DNA of 64,000 bases from Chiloscyllium plagiosum (lineage: Eukaryota): assembly GCF_004010195.1 (NCBI RefSeq), contig NC_057721.1, forward strand, positions 7,121,244 through 7,185,243, in the 5' to 3' direction. Positions 12,610 to 26,301 of this stretch are shown here, one piece after another. The translations under genes were made by a program, and so were the position numbers. The notes beneath the pieces are model-generated. The model did not search any database. It saw only the letters and a program-made list of their open reading frames with translations, and was not told the DNA's origin. The stretch's first letter is position 1; each line of letters opens with the position of its first letter.

Positions 12610-14105
12610 TTAGGTGCAGAGGGATCTGGATATCATCGTGCATGAATCACAAAGTTAATACACCATTACAGCAGGTAGTAAGGATGGCAAATAGAACTTT
12701 GCTCCATATTGTAAAACAATGAGTTATGTGGTACCATTATTCAAGAAGAGTGGTAGGGCTAACCCAAAGAACTACAGGCCAGCGAGTCTAGCATCAGTGG
12801 AAGGGAAATTATTGGATAAATAGCTGAGACAGAATCAATCTCCACTTGAAAAAGCAAGGATTAATTAAGGTTACTCAGCACAGCTTTGTCAGGGTGAATC
12901 ATGTCTAATAGAATTTGAATTTTTTGAGGTGATGACTTGGTATGTCAATGAGGATAGAGTAGATGATAGCTTCTGGACCGTCTGCCAGACCATGTCAAAA
13001 AGCATACTGAAGTCTAAGAGCCACAGAATCCAGAGAAATTTGGATCCAAAATTAGCTTAGTGGCAGGAAGCATAAGGTAATGGTTGAAGATGGAAACCAC
13101 AGCTGGGTCCCTTGGTAAACAGCAAGGAGGAAAGCCTTGGAGGACAGGATGATATATCCAGAGAAGTTTGGATCCAAAATTAGCTTAGTGGCAGGAAGCA
13201 TAAGGTAATGGTTGAAGATGGAAACCACAGCGTTTGTGCTGGGTCCCTTGGTAAACAGCAAGGAGGAAAGCCTTGGAGGACAGGATGATATAGACTGCTT
13301 AGCCAGATGGGCTGAACAGTGGCACTAGGAATTTAATCCTGAAAAGTGAGGAGTGATGCATTATGCATTAACAAGGCAAAGGAGCAGAAAATGAATGGAA
13401 GGATCCTAGAAAATGTAAAGGATCAGAGGGACTTTGGTCTGCATATCCATTATACTTGAAGGAAGCAGGACAGGTTGATAAGGTGGTGAAGGCAGTATAT
13501 AGGATGGTTGTATTCAATGCTTTGACTAATAAAGGCAAGAGCAAGGAGGTTATGTTGGAGTTGTACATAACAATACTAAGCCCAGAGCTGGAGTACTGTG
13601 TACACACTGCAAGAAGGGTGTGATTGTTCAAGAGGATGCAGAAGAGATTCACCAGGAAGTTGCTTGAGTTGGAGCGATTCAGCTATGAAGAAAGACTAAA
13701 TAAGCTGAAGTTGTATTCCTTGGAGAGAAGGCTGTAGGGAAATCTGATTCAGGTGTACAAAGTTCTGAGGGGCATGAATAGGATGGATATAGAGGAACTA
13801 TTGCCTTAGAATGGTCAATACCAGGGTGCACAGTTTTAAATTACAGAACTGGAGGTTTAGAATGGATTTGAGAAGAACAAATTTTGACCAGAGGGTTGGG
13901 AGTATTTGAAATTCACTGCCTTAAAGGTAGTAGAGATGAGATCAAGATTTAAGAACTATTTAGATAAGCATTTGAAATGTTATAGCATATAAGACCACAG
14001 GCCACGTACTGGAAAATAGGATTACAATAGATGGTTGTTTGATGGCCAGCTCAAACACAATAGGCCAAACAGTCTCTTTCTGTCCTGTTAAACCTCTGAC
14101 TCTTA
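12610..14105 (+). mobile_element. Decayed CR1 LINE with an internal tandem duplication
   Basis: NYRPASL, QHSFVR and ELEYCV-like remnants plus a CR1 3' end; ~128-bp unit duplicated at ~13028-13291. Confidence 0.75.
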
Positions 14106-15089
14106 ATATTTAACCCAAACCTCTGTAAATATTCTGTTTGCCAAGTCTTGTTCACTACTTTTGCTCTCAATCTCCTAATAGCTCACATTTGAAATACAAG
14201 TCCATATGTTCTTATTTCTCCATGGCCTCGTTCCTCTCCCAAATCCACAACCTCCTTCAGCCTAACATTCCTTTGTGAATTCTTCATTCCTTTAATCTCG
14301 CATTTTATACATCCATGGCATCCTTTACCCAACCAATAACTGCTGTGTCTTCAGTTGTCTAAACTTAAGTGCCAATCTCACCAGTACATACATGAAGACT
14401 AATTTGCTGACAATAGAAAATAGTTTTCTAAAATTTATTTACATTTATTGCATCATTATACTATGAAATATACATCTCCAAAACAATGTTTACAACTAAT
14501 TTTGTTTTGATATCACAATGTAATAGTTGCTCTAGTTGTCTTTTAACAAAGATTTTTTGGGGCTTGCCAAGTCAACAGTGTCAACTTTTGAGAAGATAGG
14601 AATTTGAAGGTAGGTATTTTAAGTATCCACTGGCAATAATTATTGACATTCAGGCAACTCACCAAGATACAAAGTGCAATCCCATCAACCTATCTTAATA
14701 ATGCTTTTACACAATCTCAGAACAAGAATTTCTGTTGTTAACGGATGCAAATAATTCTACTGTTCTCATTGCAATTGCAGGGGCTGGACTCATTGCACAT
14801 GTAGTTAGTGCATGTGACATTAATGTCAGGGATGCTGCAAGTGGCTTCTTGCTAAAACTATTTCCAAATTCAGTGTATAACCGCAAAACATTGACGAGAA
14901 TAAATTAACACAGATACATATGGTTCCTGACTTATGAATGTGCAACTTAAAGAATGAAATTCCATTTTACCATTAGAGGGACTGTGAAGTTTCATTCAAA
15001 CTTGTGAACATTTGCTTGTATTGTACTGCATTGCATTCCAACTGGTGTATAAATTGACTTATGAATTTACTTAAATGGAACCAACAGCT

Positions 15090-16190
15090 AGAATAATAAA
15101 CAAGTACAGCATAGGAACAGGCCTTTCAGCCCACCATGTGTGTGCTGACCATTATGTTATTCGAAACAAATCCCACACGCCTGCACATGATCCATATTCC
15201 TTTATTTCCTGCTTGTTCTTATGCCTGTCTAAACACCTCAAACTTTGTTAACGTATCTTCTTGGTGGTGCTTCTATCACCTTCCCTGGCAGCGCGTTCCA
15301 AGTACCTACCACACTCTGCATTTAAAAACTTTACTCACACATCTCCTTTAGCTTTCCCCTCTCACCTTAAACCTACATCCCTTGTATTTGACAATTCCAC
15401 CTTGAGAAAAAGATACTTAACTATCTACCCTTTTCATGCCTTTAATTTTATATACATATATCTGGTAACCCCTCAGCCTCTGATGTTCTTGTGAAAGCAA
15501 TCCTTTTGTCCAACCTCTCCTGATAGCTAATACACTCCAATTCAGGCAGCATCCTGGCAAACATTCCCTCCAAAGCCTCCACATCCTTCCTATAGTATGG
15601 TTACCAGAATTACCTAACTAAAATCTTACATAGCTGCAATATGACTTGCCAACTTTTATACTCAAAACCCTAACCAATGAAAGCGAGCATGCCATACACC
15701 ACCTTTACCACCTATCTACTTGTGTTACCACTTTCGGGGAGCTATGGACTTACACCGCAACATTCCTCTATAAACTAATGCTTCTAAGGATCCTGCCATT
15801 ATTTACTGTACACTTTTGTATTTGACTTTCTAAAATGCATCACCTCACCCTTTTCTGGACATGTGGACCAGGAACTAAACTTTATCTGCCATTTCTCTGC
15901 TCAACTTTCCAATCGAACTTCATCCTGCTGTATCCTTTGATAACCTCCTCGTTATTCACAAGTCCACCAACTTTCGTATTGTCTGAAAACTTTAAAATCA
16001 GACCACCTAAGTTTTCATCCAAATCATTTATATTATATACATTACAAAAAGGTGTCAGCACAGATCCTTGTGGAATACCACTGGTCACAGATCTCCAATC
16101 AAACAACAACCTTCTGTCTTCTATGACCAAGCCAATTTTGTATCCAACTTCATGTGACTTAATCTTCTGGACTAGCGTACCATGCTGACT
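15090..16190 (-). mobile_element. CR1 LINE 3' fragment
   Basis: WRSVTSGIPQGSVL..INDLDENLGGLILKFSDNTKVGG in ORF 15882-16259; 3' tail near 15100. Confidence 0.8.
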
Positions 16191-16709
16191 ATCTCTAATA
16201 AGTCCAAATAAGATAAGGATAAGTAAGATTACACTTATTGCATTCCAACTTGCATACACTCAGACTGCCTGCAAAAGCAAACAGCGATTCACTCAATTTC
16301 TTAACCTTTAACATTCCAAGTAAAAAAAAATGCACGACCAGAGTTCATTTAACATGTCCTGGCAATTAAATCTCCTCTTTTCAGTTTCACTTATCATGGC
16401 AATCAAGTTTTTTTTGTTTTGTTTTCTTGGCTTGCACCTGACACTAGCTTTTAGACAGGATGACAACAAAGCGGATGGCAAGCGAGGTAATGAGAGTGAA
16501 GTGAGGATCGGGATGAGAGGCAGCAATCAATGGACACAATGACATCAGCAATGCCAACTTCCTGATCCAGTGAACAGGTGAGAGATACAGTGAATCAGAA
16601 TACTCCATTGGAAGACTTACGCAGTAATCAGGGAGAATGACTTATTTCTACTTGTGCATAATGTTAAACATTAAGGTCAAATAATAAATCAATCATTTGG
16701 GTTTCTGTG

Positions 16710-16715
16710 TTTATT
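16710..16715 (-). terminator. Candidate MED4 polyadenylation signal
   Basis: TTTATT on + equals AATAAA on -, about 280 nt after the MED4 stop. Confidence 0.45.
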
Positions 16716-16993
16716 CTGCAGACTTTCATACCTGGTTTCCTATTATTTGGTATTATCACCATCTATTAAAATACAATCAAGGATATTCACATTGGACAAT
16801 GAGCTTAAAAAAAGAAAATTTTCCTGTGTTGAAGTTTTACCCATGTTCATCGAAGTTCACTTTCTTGATGTGTTCCTACCAGATCAGCATCAACAGTATT
16901 GGGCGGAAAGGAGAAGAGCAGTGGAAAGAAATGAATTTCCAACGCTAGAAGTCCAAACATTGAACAGAAAAAGACATGTTCTCTTGGTTTCAA

Positions 16994-17166
16994 TCAATCA
17001 GAGTCACTACTACTGCTCGAAGAATCAGTTGACATAACTTCCACATCATCTTCATTCTCTTTATTATGTCCAGGAGGCTCCAGCATAAAATCATTGCTGT
17101 GGTTTGGAGGCAATAGGTTGAGAGACATGTCATTTGACTGCCATGGGTATTGTGGTGCAAGTACAT
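16994..17166 (-). CDS. MED4: MED4 exon 7 (to stop codon)
   Basis: [57 protein letters not shown]; AG acceptor at 17167-17168; 173 bp. Confidence 0.97.
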
Positions 17167-18199
17167 CTGAAATACAGAAAGTTTTCATGAAATACAACTG
17201 TGTTTTAATCTGTAACGAGACAGGTTCGTAAAATTTTATTCAAGATAATTATGAAACTTATAATGTTGTCTCCACTGTTACTGGTTCAGTGTGCTTTCTC
17301 ATTTTAACTCCTGTTCTTGGAAAATAATTAGTAGTAGTCCAAAAGATCATTTACAGAACATATTTTTTTACTGATCAAACCAATGTCTCTTGCTGCTCAC
17401 CTGCCAAAGGAAAACACCAATGGTCTCAAACCCTTAATATGGTATACCCTTCCCTACTTATATACATTTAGCTTTTTGACACTATTTTAAATTCTTGATG
17501 TCAAATTATGTTCCCTTTTAAAAAGGATATGAAAGTATAGAACTTTAAAGAATGTCTTAAAAAGCACAAATCCCATCAAAAAAAACACAAGTTATGCTTC
17601 TCTGACTTGAAATACATGTATTATGATCCCAGCTGATGTTACTATAGGACAAATCAAATCCTCGACTGAAATCTGGCTTTATAGATCATATTTTGTTTTA
17701 GGTTTTAACTAGGTAGTTTTTCACCGAAACACAAGCATTCAATGCTGCAAATTTGGTTCGAACAATAAAAACAAGTCTGTTATACAAAAGACATTAAGAT
17801 AAAACAGAATAAACCAAATTATTTACATAAAGCACAACTCAAGATTTCAAAACACACTGCAAAATACAATGTCATTAATCCCAAAAGCATTCATTTGCTC
17901 AGAGAGAATTTCCCTCTCCAATGTATCTCTAAAGGGCTTAATTTAACTGTGGCTTCAATTCCCTATTTTAGTTTTTTCCTTGATTCTTCATACATCTTGG
18001 CTTAGATTTTCAAGTTTCACATAAGCACGTCAGGGTTTTAAGCAAATACTTCTGGTCTGGAACTTTAAATTTTGACGTAATTTATTTCTTAATAGTTCTA
18101 AACTATTATCCTTCTTTGAAAGCAACTTTTTACTCATCCGCTTAAGGCAAGATTTCTGCAAATCAGTCAAACAAAGTAAAAAGGGATTTATTGAAACTA

Positions 18200-18577
18200 T
18201 AGATGTTTCTTCTAAAAGGCAGAGTGTTAAATGTTGTCCACATGGACTTTAGCAAGAGCTTCGACAAAGTTCCACGTGGTGGATTGAATACTAAGTTTTG
18301 ATCATATGGGATCCAAGGAGAGCAAGCCAATTGGACACAACATTGCTTAACAGTAGGATACAGAAGGTGGTGGTACAGGGTTGTTGTTCTGACTGGAGGC
18401 TTGTGACTAGTGGTGTGCCACAAGGATCAGTACTCATTTATATAAATAATTTGGATGAGAATGTAGGAGGCATGGTTAGTAAGTCTGCAAATGACACCAA
18501 AATTTGTGGTATATTGGACAATGAAGAAGGTTATCTAAGAGTACACCGGGACCTCAATGAACTGGGTCAGTAGGTCG
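18200..18577 (+). mobile_element. CR1 LINE RT fragment running into the gap
   Basis: VHMDFSKSFDKVP, SDWRLVTSGVPQGSVL, INNLDENVGGMVSKSANDTKI. Confidence 0.8.
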
Positions 18578-19078
18578 NNNNNNNNNNNNNNNNNNNNNNN
18601 NNNNNNNNNNNNNNNNNNNNNNNNNNNNNNNNNNNNNNNNNNNNNNNNNNNNNNNNNNNNNNNNNNNNNNNNNNNNNNNNNNNNNNNNNNNNNNNNNNNN
18701 NNNNNNNNNNNNNNNNNNNNNNNNNNNNNNNNNNNNNNNNNNNNNNNNNNNNNNNNNNNNNNNNNNNNNNNNNNNNNNNNNNNNNNNNNNNNNNNNNNNN
18801 NNNNNNNNNNNNNNNNNNNNNNNNNNNNNNNNNNNNNNNNNNNNNNNNNNNNNNNNNNNNNNNNNNNNNNNNNNNNNNNNNNNNNNNNNNNNNNNNNNNN
18901 NNNNNNNNNNNNNNNNNNNNNNNNNNNNNNNNNNNNNNNNNNNNNNNNNNNNNNNNNNNNNNNNNNNNNNNNNNNNNNNNNNNNNNNNNNNNNNNNNNNN
19001 NNNNNNNNNNNNNNNNNNNNNNNNNNNNNNNNNNNNNNNNNNNNNNNNNNNNNNNNNNNNNNNNNNNNNNNNNNNNNA
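18578..19078. other. Assembly gap (~500 N) in MED4 intron 6
   Basis: Run of N; exons 6 and 7 still splice in frame across it. Confidence 0.99.
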
Positions 19079-19823
19079 AATACCAAAATATCCATAGTAT
19101 TATATTGATTATGCACATTGCAAAACTGCATGTTGTGTGTGTAAATCAGGAACTACTTCAAATATCAAATGTACAAATGGTTTCATATGATCTGATCTCT
19201 GGAACATTATTACAATTAGAGGGGACAGAAACACAAGTAATTCAAGAGGAGTTGATTACTTTGATAACAAGAGGTTTGGATGAAAGGAGATTGCAGATTT
19301 ATATAGTCTGATTAAATAGCCCACATGACCATCCTTAGTTATTTACTGTTGTGATCAATAACATGCATGGATGAGTACTCAAATCTTTGGTTAGTCTCTA
19401 ATACCTAACCGGCCAATCATACAAACATTGAAATGAGCGCTTACAGCTAATCACAATGGACAGCAGAGCCAATCCTGTTCCTATGATCATGCAAATGTAA
19501 TTTCTACTGTACAACAATTAGAATCCAAAGTGGATTTCCCCTTTTTAACTCCTAGTTCTACCACCACACCAGCTGTGATTAGTAAATGTAGCATTGAGTG
19601 GAAAAATAAACCACTCATGACAATCTTTAGCAACCAAATCAGGATAAGATGAAATCTGCCAAAAAACTTTAATCATTGATCAAGAAGTGACACAAAGTAA
19701 GTTCACTAGGAAGATCTAATGGCCTAAGCTCACTTCATAGTCAATACCACCAGATGAGTTTCCTACATTGAGTTATAGTTTCTTTTGTCTTTTTTTTTTA
19801 AGTAAATTGTCAACAGCTTTTAC

Positions 19824-19955
19824 CTGGTAATCTGCCTGCAGCCAATGCATCCCCAGGTAAATGTCCATTCACCCCATTGGTAGAAAGGTTGCTTTGCTGT
19901 CCCAAAAGTCCACTCCTCATTTCCAGATCAGTAGGGTAAGGTCTCCGGGGGTCAC
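19824..19955 (-). CDS. MED4: MED4 exon 6
   Basis: (G)[43 protein letters not shown]; AG/GT boundaries; 132 bp. Confidence 0.97.
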
Positions 19956-20103
19956 CTATATCAAAAGCATAATGCTAAGAATTAATCATATCCAAGTCTT
20001 CAAAGTTCATTCTCAGCTGTGGGGTGATGTCTTTATCTCTGGTACCAGGCAGGCAACCTTCACAGTTTTCAATTATGGCTGCAGGGCATACTACAATTGG
20101 AAG

Positions 20104-20228
20104 GAGAAAGTGAGGACTGCAGATGCTGGAGATCAGAGCTGAAAATGTGTTGCTGGAAAAGCGCAGCAGGCCAGGCAGCATCCAAGGAACAGGAGAATCG
20201 ACATTTCGGGCATAAGCCCTTCTTCAGG
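20104..20228 (-). mobile_element. 125-bp PLE family B terminal insertion with hammerhead motif and 16-bp TSD
   Basis: ATACTACAATTGGAAG is repeated at 20088-20103 and 20229-20244. The minus strand reads auc-CUGAAGA-A-GGGC-UUAU-GCCC-GAAAU-GUC-gau and ends CTCACTTTCTC. Confidence 0.85.
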
Positions 20229-20879
20229 ATACTACAATTGGAAGCACAGTAACAAGTCTAATTGTTACTGTGAAGTAATCTTCCTGTTCCTGTCCCATTA
20301 CACAAAACATATTGATAGTAACTTGCCTTAAACAGAATAATTCATTAGAAATTAGAACGCTCTTGATTTTTTAAAAAATCATTTACATATATCATAATGA
20401 TGGTAAGAAATCACAAAGTACTTTCCACTTTCTCTGAGGAATCCAGCAACTCAGTACTTTAACAACAGATAATCAAAGAAATACACCATTATAGAACATG
20501 TCAGAATTGATTTGGTAAGTAAATCTGGGAAATCTACATTAATCTATTCTCAAGTTGGTAACTATTTAAGATCATCGTCAAAACAATTAAAGTAAATGTT
20601 TGCAAAATTATTTATTTTTCTAAGCACAGATGGATGAAGTGGATAGCAGACCAAAAACAGTCATGCAAGCAGAATCCACTATAGCTTTTAAAGGAATACA
20701 AGTGGATAAATATTTGAAAAACAAAACTTTGAAAAGGCTATGGAGAAATAGCAGCAAAATGGGAATAAATGGACAACCCATTCAGAGATTAGTGGTACAG
20801 GTAAAATGACCTCCTAGCTGCAAATGCATCTAGAATATCTCTTTATTAAAATAATGAGCAATAATATTTAAAATGGTAC

Positions 20880-20966
20880 CTGGAACCCATGTCAATGGGG
20901 CTGCTACAGCATTACTAGCACTTATCCGATGTGCATATTTAATAAGCTCTTCAGATGAGATGGCAC
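20880..20966 (-). CDS. MED4: MED4 exon 5
   Basis: (G)[28 protein letters not shown]; 87 bp; AG/GT. Confidence 0.97.
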
Positions 20967-21214
20967 CTGCAAAGAAAACAGAATCATAACTCCTTACTGA
21001 TCTGATCTTCAAAAAAAACAGTAAAAATATAGCTACCTAACCAGATAAAAAATGTTGAACTTTGAAAAAAACGTATTTACTCACACAAAAAGACAGAACA
21101 CTAACCCTAACTCTATTGCAGGTCACATTTCAGGAAGGCGCCAGACATCCAAAGCACAATTGATGATGAGTATTATATTATAGTCATCGTGTAGTGAATA
21201 TATACACACACATT

Positions 21215-21533
21215 TAGATTAGATTAGATTCCCCTACAGTGTGGAAACAGGCCCTTCGGCTCAACAAGTCCACACCGACCCTCCGAACAGTAACCATCCA
21301 GACCCATTTCCCTCTGACTAATGCGCCTAACACTATGGGCAATTTCTCACGGCCAATTCACCTAACCTGCACATCTTTGGACTGTGGGAGGAAACCGAAG
21401 CACCCAGAGGAAACCGACATAGACATGCGGAGAATGTGCAAACTCCTCATAGACAGTCGCCCGAGGCTGGAATCAAACTTGGGTCCATGGCACTGTGAGG
21501 CAGCATTGTTAACCACTGAGCGACCGTGCCACC
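21215..21533 (-). mobile_element. HE1-like tRNA-derived SINE
   Basis: A-box/B-box-like head (CAGTGGTTAAC.., GTTTGATTCC), conserved core GTTTCCTC..GGTTTCCTCCCACAGTCCAAAGA and an (ATCTA)n tail. Confidence 0.85.
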
Positions 21534-22468
21534 CCTAAAAAGTACAACTAGTCCTACATAAAACTTTAGGAGAATTACAAAAAGCTTGCTACCAAGGATG
21601 TTTTAATTGTATTCTCCAATGTAAAAACAAAAGGGGGTATGTTATCAGAAACCCTTATGTAACAGGATTTCACAAACAGCAGCTTCAAAAACTCACAATG
21701 CCTCTCCTTCTAGAAGGACAAGGGTAACATATGCATGGGAATATCTTTTCAAGTTCCCCTCCAAGCCACTCATCATCCTGACTTGGAACTATAATCAGTG
21801 TTCCATCACTGTCACAGAGTTAAAATCCTGGAACTCACTTCCTTTCATGGCAAGATCTACAGCTGTTTAAAAAAGCAGCTTATCACCACCTTCTGGAGGG
21901 GAATTATTTATCACCTATTCCTACTGACTAAGCCAGTGATGCCCACATTCCCATTAATTTAGTTTTAAAACAAGAGAAGAACTTAAGAGATATCAGAAAA
22001 TGAATAAGGGTACAAACTAATCCAAAAACATACAATAGAATGTTTATGATCTGGAACGAAATAGTTTTAAGATACGGTGTAGTATATTTAAAGCAGATGA
22101 GTAGAAATTACTTCTCTCAAACGTTTTGTGAATCTGTGACATCCACCACACCAGATTGCATTGGATCTTGAGATATTAAATAAATTTAAAGTAGATTGAC
22201 AGATTTGTAAGTAGTAATGGGTTGAAGGGTTATGGAGAGCGGATAGAAAAGTGGAATGGAGGCCGAAATGAAATGAGGCTGATTTTATTAAATGGCAAAG
22301 CAGGCTCAAGGGGTGAACAACCTAATCCTACTCCTATTTCTTATATTCTATGTTTTTATTATAACAACTTCATTCAGAAATAAGTCTTGTTATTAGACCT
22401 TCGTTAATTGTCTCTGCAGTTCAGTAGCTGCAACAGTTCAAAGTTTCTTTCCAGTTGAAAATGTCTAC

Positions 22469-22526
22469 CTTTCCTTGCTTTCTCTATCGATTTTAATTTC
22501 TCTTTGGCTTGATACACAGCAGTTGC
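22469..22526 (-). CDS. MED4: MED4 exon 4
   Basis: ATAVYQAKEKLKSIEKARK(G); 58 bp; AG/GT. Confidence 0.96.
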
Positions 22527-23799
22527 CTGAAAAGAATGAACACAATTAGTACTTCATTTAACAGGTAGAAATTTACTTTGTCTAAGTATCAACTAAAAGT
22601 GCAGATCTAAATGTGGCTTTTCCAGAACAACTATTAAACTGGTTAAGCAGCCCCATTAATTGAGAAGCCTTAGGAAAGGGCAACTTTAAAAAATTAAGTT
22701 AAGCTTGCATATTAACATAGGTTCCAAGCAAATTTCTGAAAAATAAAATTAAGATGCAATGAAGCTCAAAATAGTATCCATATAATAGTCATGGGCTCAA
22801 GTGAATTCTATGGCATCTTGGAAAATAATTCCACTGAAGACTTTAAATGAGCTTAAGTAATTAGTCTGATAATAAAGACAAGCATTCAACTTATGGTACT
22901 GTCCTATGTATCTGGAAAAAATGATAGATTGAAAGTAAGGAGGAACAAGGTATGTCTCATGATGATATGTAGTACAGCCAAAAGAATCAGACTTTCGTAA
23001 TTGATAGCTTGTTGAATGAAAAAAAAAGTTCTGATGTTCAAAAAGTCAGCCATCAATACTAATGGGCAATAGAAGCCAAAAGTTTATCTGAAGGGGCTAA
23101 TCAGTGGAGAATGGAACTGTTGCATGTACAGTAGTTGGAAAATATAACTGATTAAATGTCCAGGATAAGAGGAGGTTAGGCTTCTGAATTAGATACATGA
23201 AGGACAAAAATGGATAGCATAAAAATGCAGAGCAAGCTGAGACAGTGACTGTGGGGAAGAACATGTTTTGAAAAAAGTAGACTAATTGAAAATCCCTCCC
23301 AAGCTGGGGGCTGATCGCTTATTAATGACTGAACTTCAGGATTTCAACCAAAAACTAACTGATATGGACTATATCCTCTTACCATCTGCATCAAATTCTT
23401 AGCATAGATAGCCATGATAATGGAGTTGATAATTTACAGTTACCAAAATTTTATGAACATTTTGCATGGTTTCTTTCACACACATTCTTCTGCAATACAA
23501 TATACTTGCTGACATCAAATATCCAAATAATCTGCACTGACAGCGTATTCTCACTAATTATTCACAAATGTATAGGGATATGCAATATTAAGCTGATTAT
23601 TAAAATTAAAATTCTATGTTTAACACTTTTTCTTACACTATATATATATTCTCACATCTTCATTTTTATATATTACTTACTCTGTTTAAATATATTTATG
23701 AGAAACATCACTGCTAGTGCACACACTAATGGGGTCAGCAAACCTTTCTTATATTCTTAGTGGAGTCTTCCAAGCATATGTACTAGGTAGGACCATTAC

Positions 23800-24645
23800 A
23801 TTTTTTTGAATTTATGTATGATTTAGACTTGGTTGTATTCAGCACAATTTCAGAATTTGCAGATGGCATAAAACTTGAAAATACTGTGAACTGTGAGGAA
23901 ATTGGTGAAAAAAGTTGACACAGCCAGGCTGATGGAATGCGTGGATATGCAGCAGGGGAAATTTAATTTATAGAAGTGTGATGTGGTGCATTTTGGTAGG
24001 AAAGAAAAAGAGCTGCACTATGTAGGAGCAGAGGGACTTCAGGAGTTATATGTCCACAAAGTGTTGAAGGTGGCAGAGCAGATTGCAAAAGAAAGGAGCT
24101 TATGATGACTTTTAAAAAAAAGAGTAGATAGTAATTCAGCCTTGGTAGAGTATTGCATCTAATTCTGAGTGCCACGTGTTATGAAGGATGTGAAGGCATC
24201 AAACTGGGTGCAGAAAATATTTACGAGAATGGTTCTAGGGATGAGACACTTCACTTCCTGGTTAAAGTGGATAGGCTCAAGTTGTTGTTCTTAGAGAAGA
24301 TAAGGTGAGAGCAGATGTGACAGAGGTGTTCACAACGAATAAGGGTCTAAACATTAGATATAGCGAAACCGTTCCCAATGGTCAAAGGGTGAGAAACCAA
24401 ATGACACCTATTTGAAGTGTTTGGCAAAAGAACCAGAAGTGACATCAAAAAGTGTTTGAAATCTATAATTCACTGATTGATGGGGGCATGGAGGGAGATT
24501 CATCTGGGTTTTTCAAGGGGAAATTGGATAAGCACAAAGTGAAAAAATTTATAAAGTTACAGGCTGAAGTTTTGGTTAAATTGGTCTTGAAGGGAGCTTT
24601 GATTTGAGGACCGAATATCTTCCAACTGTGTTGTAACCAGTTCTG
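23800..24645 (+). mobile_element. Old CR1 LINE 3' fragment
   Basis: Degenerate SEFADGIKL, KCDVVHFG and RVPRVMKDV-like remnants with a CR1-type end. Confidence 0.6.
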
Positions 24646-24889
24646 TAGCTCAATGAAACCAAGTCAACAAGAATAAAGAGATTTATGAAGTAGAAAAAAA
24701 AAGTGTTCCACTTTTACATTTTGGGAACTTGATTAGATTCATTGACAACATCTGACTGAAACCTTAGAAAAGTAAAGTGAAAAAAAGGGAAACTTCAATT
24801 ATCTGCCAATCCCCAATATTCAATGGTAAAATCTGCTCCAGATTTTAAGATCTGTGAAAATTGTACATTTCCAAGTAGCTGTAACTCAC

Positions 24890-25060
24890 TAATATGTGTT
24901 CAGCCTCTTTGAGCTGTTTCTGTAACTGCTGGATGTCACCATCTCTTTTTTCGACCTCTTTCTCCAGAAGATGCATTTCCTCTTGAATCTTGCCTTGTTC
25001 TATTGCTACTCTTACTATTTCTTGGAATTCTCCATCTTTCTGAATCAACAGATCCAGGAT
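24890..25060 (-). CDS. MED4: MED4 exon 3
   Basis: [57 protein letters not shown]; 171 bp; CAG acceptor, GTGAGT donor. Confidence 0.97.
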
Positions 25061-25989
25061 CTGAAAAACAAATACTACATTTTAAGAAGTTATTTAAACT
25101 AATACTACAATTGACTGGCATTATTCAAATACTTGAACTAACTGGTTTTGAAAGTTGGTGGTAGAATGCTGTTCTGAGATTCTTTATGCCATTATTTTCA
25201 TACTTACTGGATTTTAGTATTATAAGAAATAGGAACTAGAATAAGCCATTCAGGGGTCCATTGAACTTGCTCACTGTTTAATAAGATCATGATTCATCGG
25301 TTTGTAACTTCCTTCCTGCTGCCCCTCTCTGTTTTAGATCAAAATTAGCCTTGAATATATTTGATGATCCAGCCTCCACTATATCAGTGGAAGAGAATTC
25401 CAAAGACTAACGTTCCCTCTAAGAGAAGAAGAAATTTCCTTCATCTCCGTCTTAAATAGGTGACCCCTTATTTTTAAATGGCATCCAGTTTTACATACCC
25501 CAATGAGCAGAAACATATACTCATCATGTGCCATAATAAGCTGTAGCTGGAAACAATAATAATACGGAAACATTGGAAGCAATTATGCCAAGCAATGCAT
25601 TTACACTTACATCATTACACTAAGTAACAGTCACCAATTTGTTAGTCAATCTGGACGCAAGTTTTCTTCTTAGAAAGACTGTTTTATTTGTGCCTCAACA
25701 AGAATACTCAATGTCAGCTGCTGTATTAAAACAAATGAATAGACATGACATACGCAAATAATTTGTGCAGTCCAGGGTCAAATATCTTTTCATTTTAGAG
25801 AACTCCTCTTCAGATTTGAGGGCTACTTTTTGTATGCGGAGGCTCTCCTTAAATTCACACTAACACCTTTATTAGGTGAAACAGTCTTATAGTAACATTG
25901 CCTTTGGCATTTGTGTTGATATATGGGATATCTGCACTTGCACAGAAGCATAACTGGAAGAATTCAAAATATAAAACAGAATAGAATGA

Positions 25990-26301
25990 GTAGAATAGAA
26001 TCCCGACAGTGTGGATGCAGACCATTCAGCCCAACTGGTCCACACAGATCCTCTGAACAGCATCCCACCCAGGCCCATCCCCCTACCCAATTCCTGAACA
26101 TCCCTGAACATTATGGGCAATTTTGCATGGTCAATCCACCTAACTTGCACATCTTTGGACTGTGGGAGAAAACCAGTGCACTTGGCAGAAACCCATGCAC
26201 ACACGGGAGAATGTGCAAACCCAATGCAGACAGTTGCCCAAGGGTGGAATCGAACCCAGGTTCCTGGCGCTGTGAGGTAGCAGTACTAACTATCGAGCCA
26301 C
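25990..26301 (-). mobile_element. HE1-like SINE (older subfamily, ATTCT tail)
   Basis: B-box GGTTCGATTCC, same core as the other copies, tail (TAGAA)n on +. Confidence 0.8.

Noticed and set aside
14905-15085. Possible Tigger/mariner-like MITE remnant (GGTTCCTGACTTATGAA..GACTTATGAA..GGAACC)
   Set aside because: Too degenerate to define terminal inverted repeats or a TA duplication by eye.
18535-19131. 183-198 aa ORFs in the ORF track
   Set aside because: They are artefacts of translating through the N gap.
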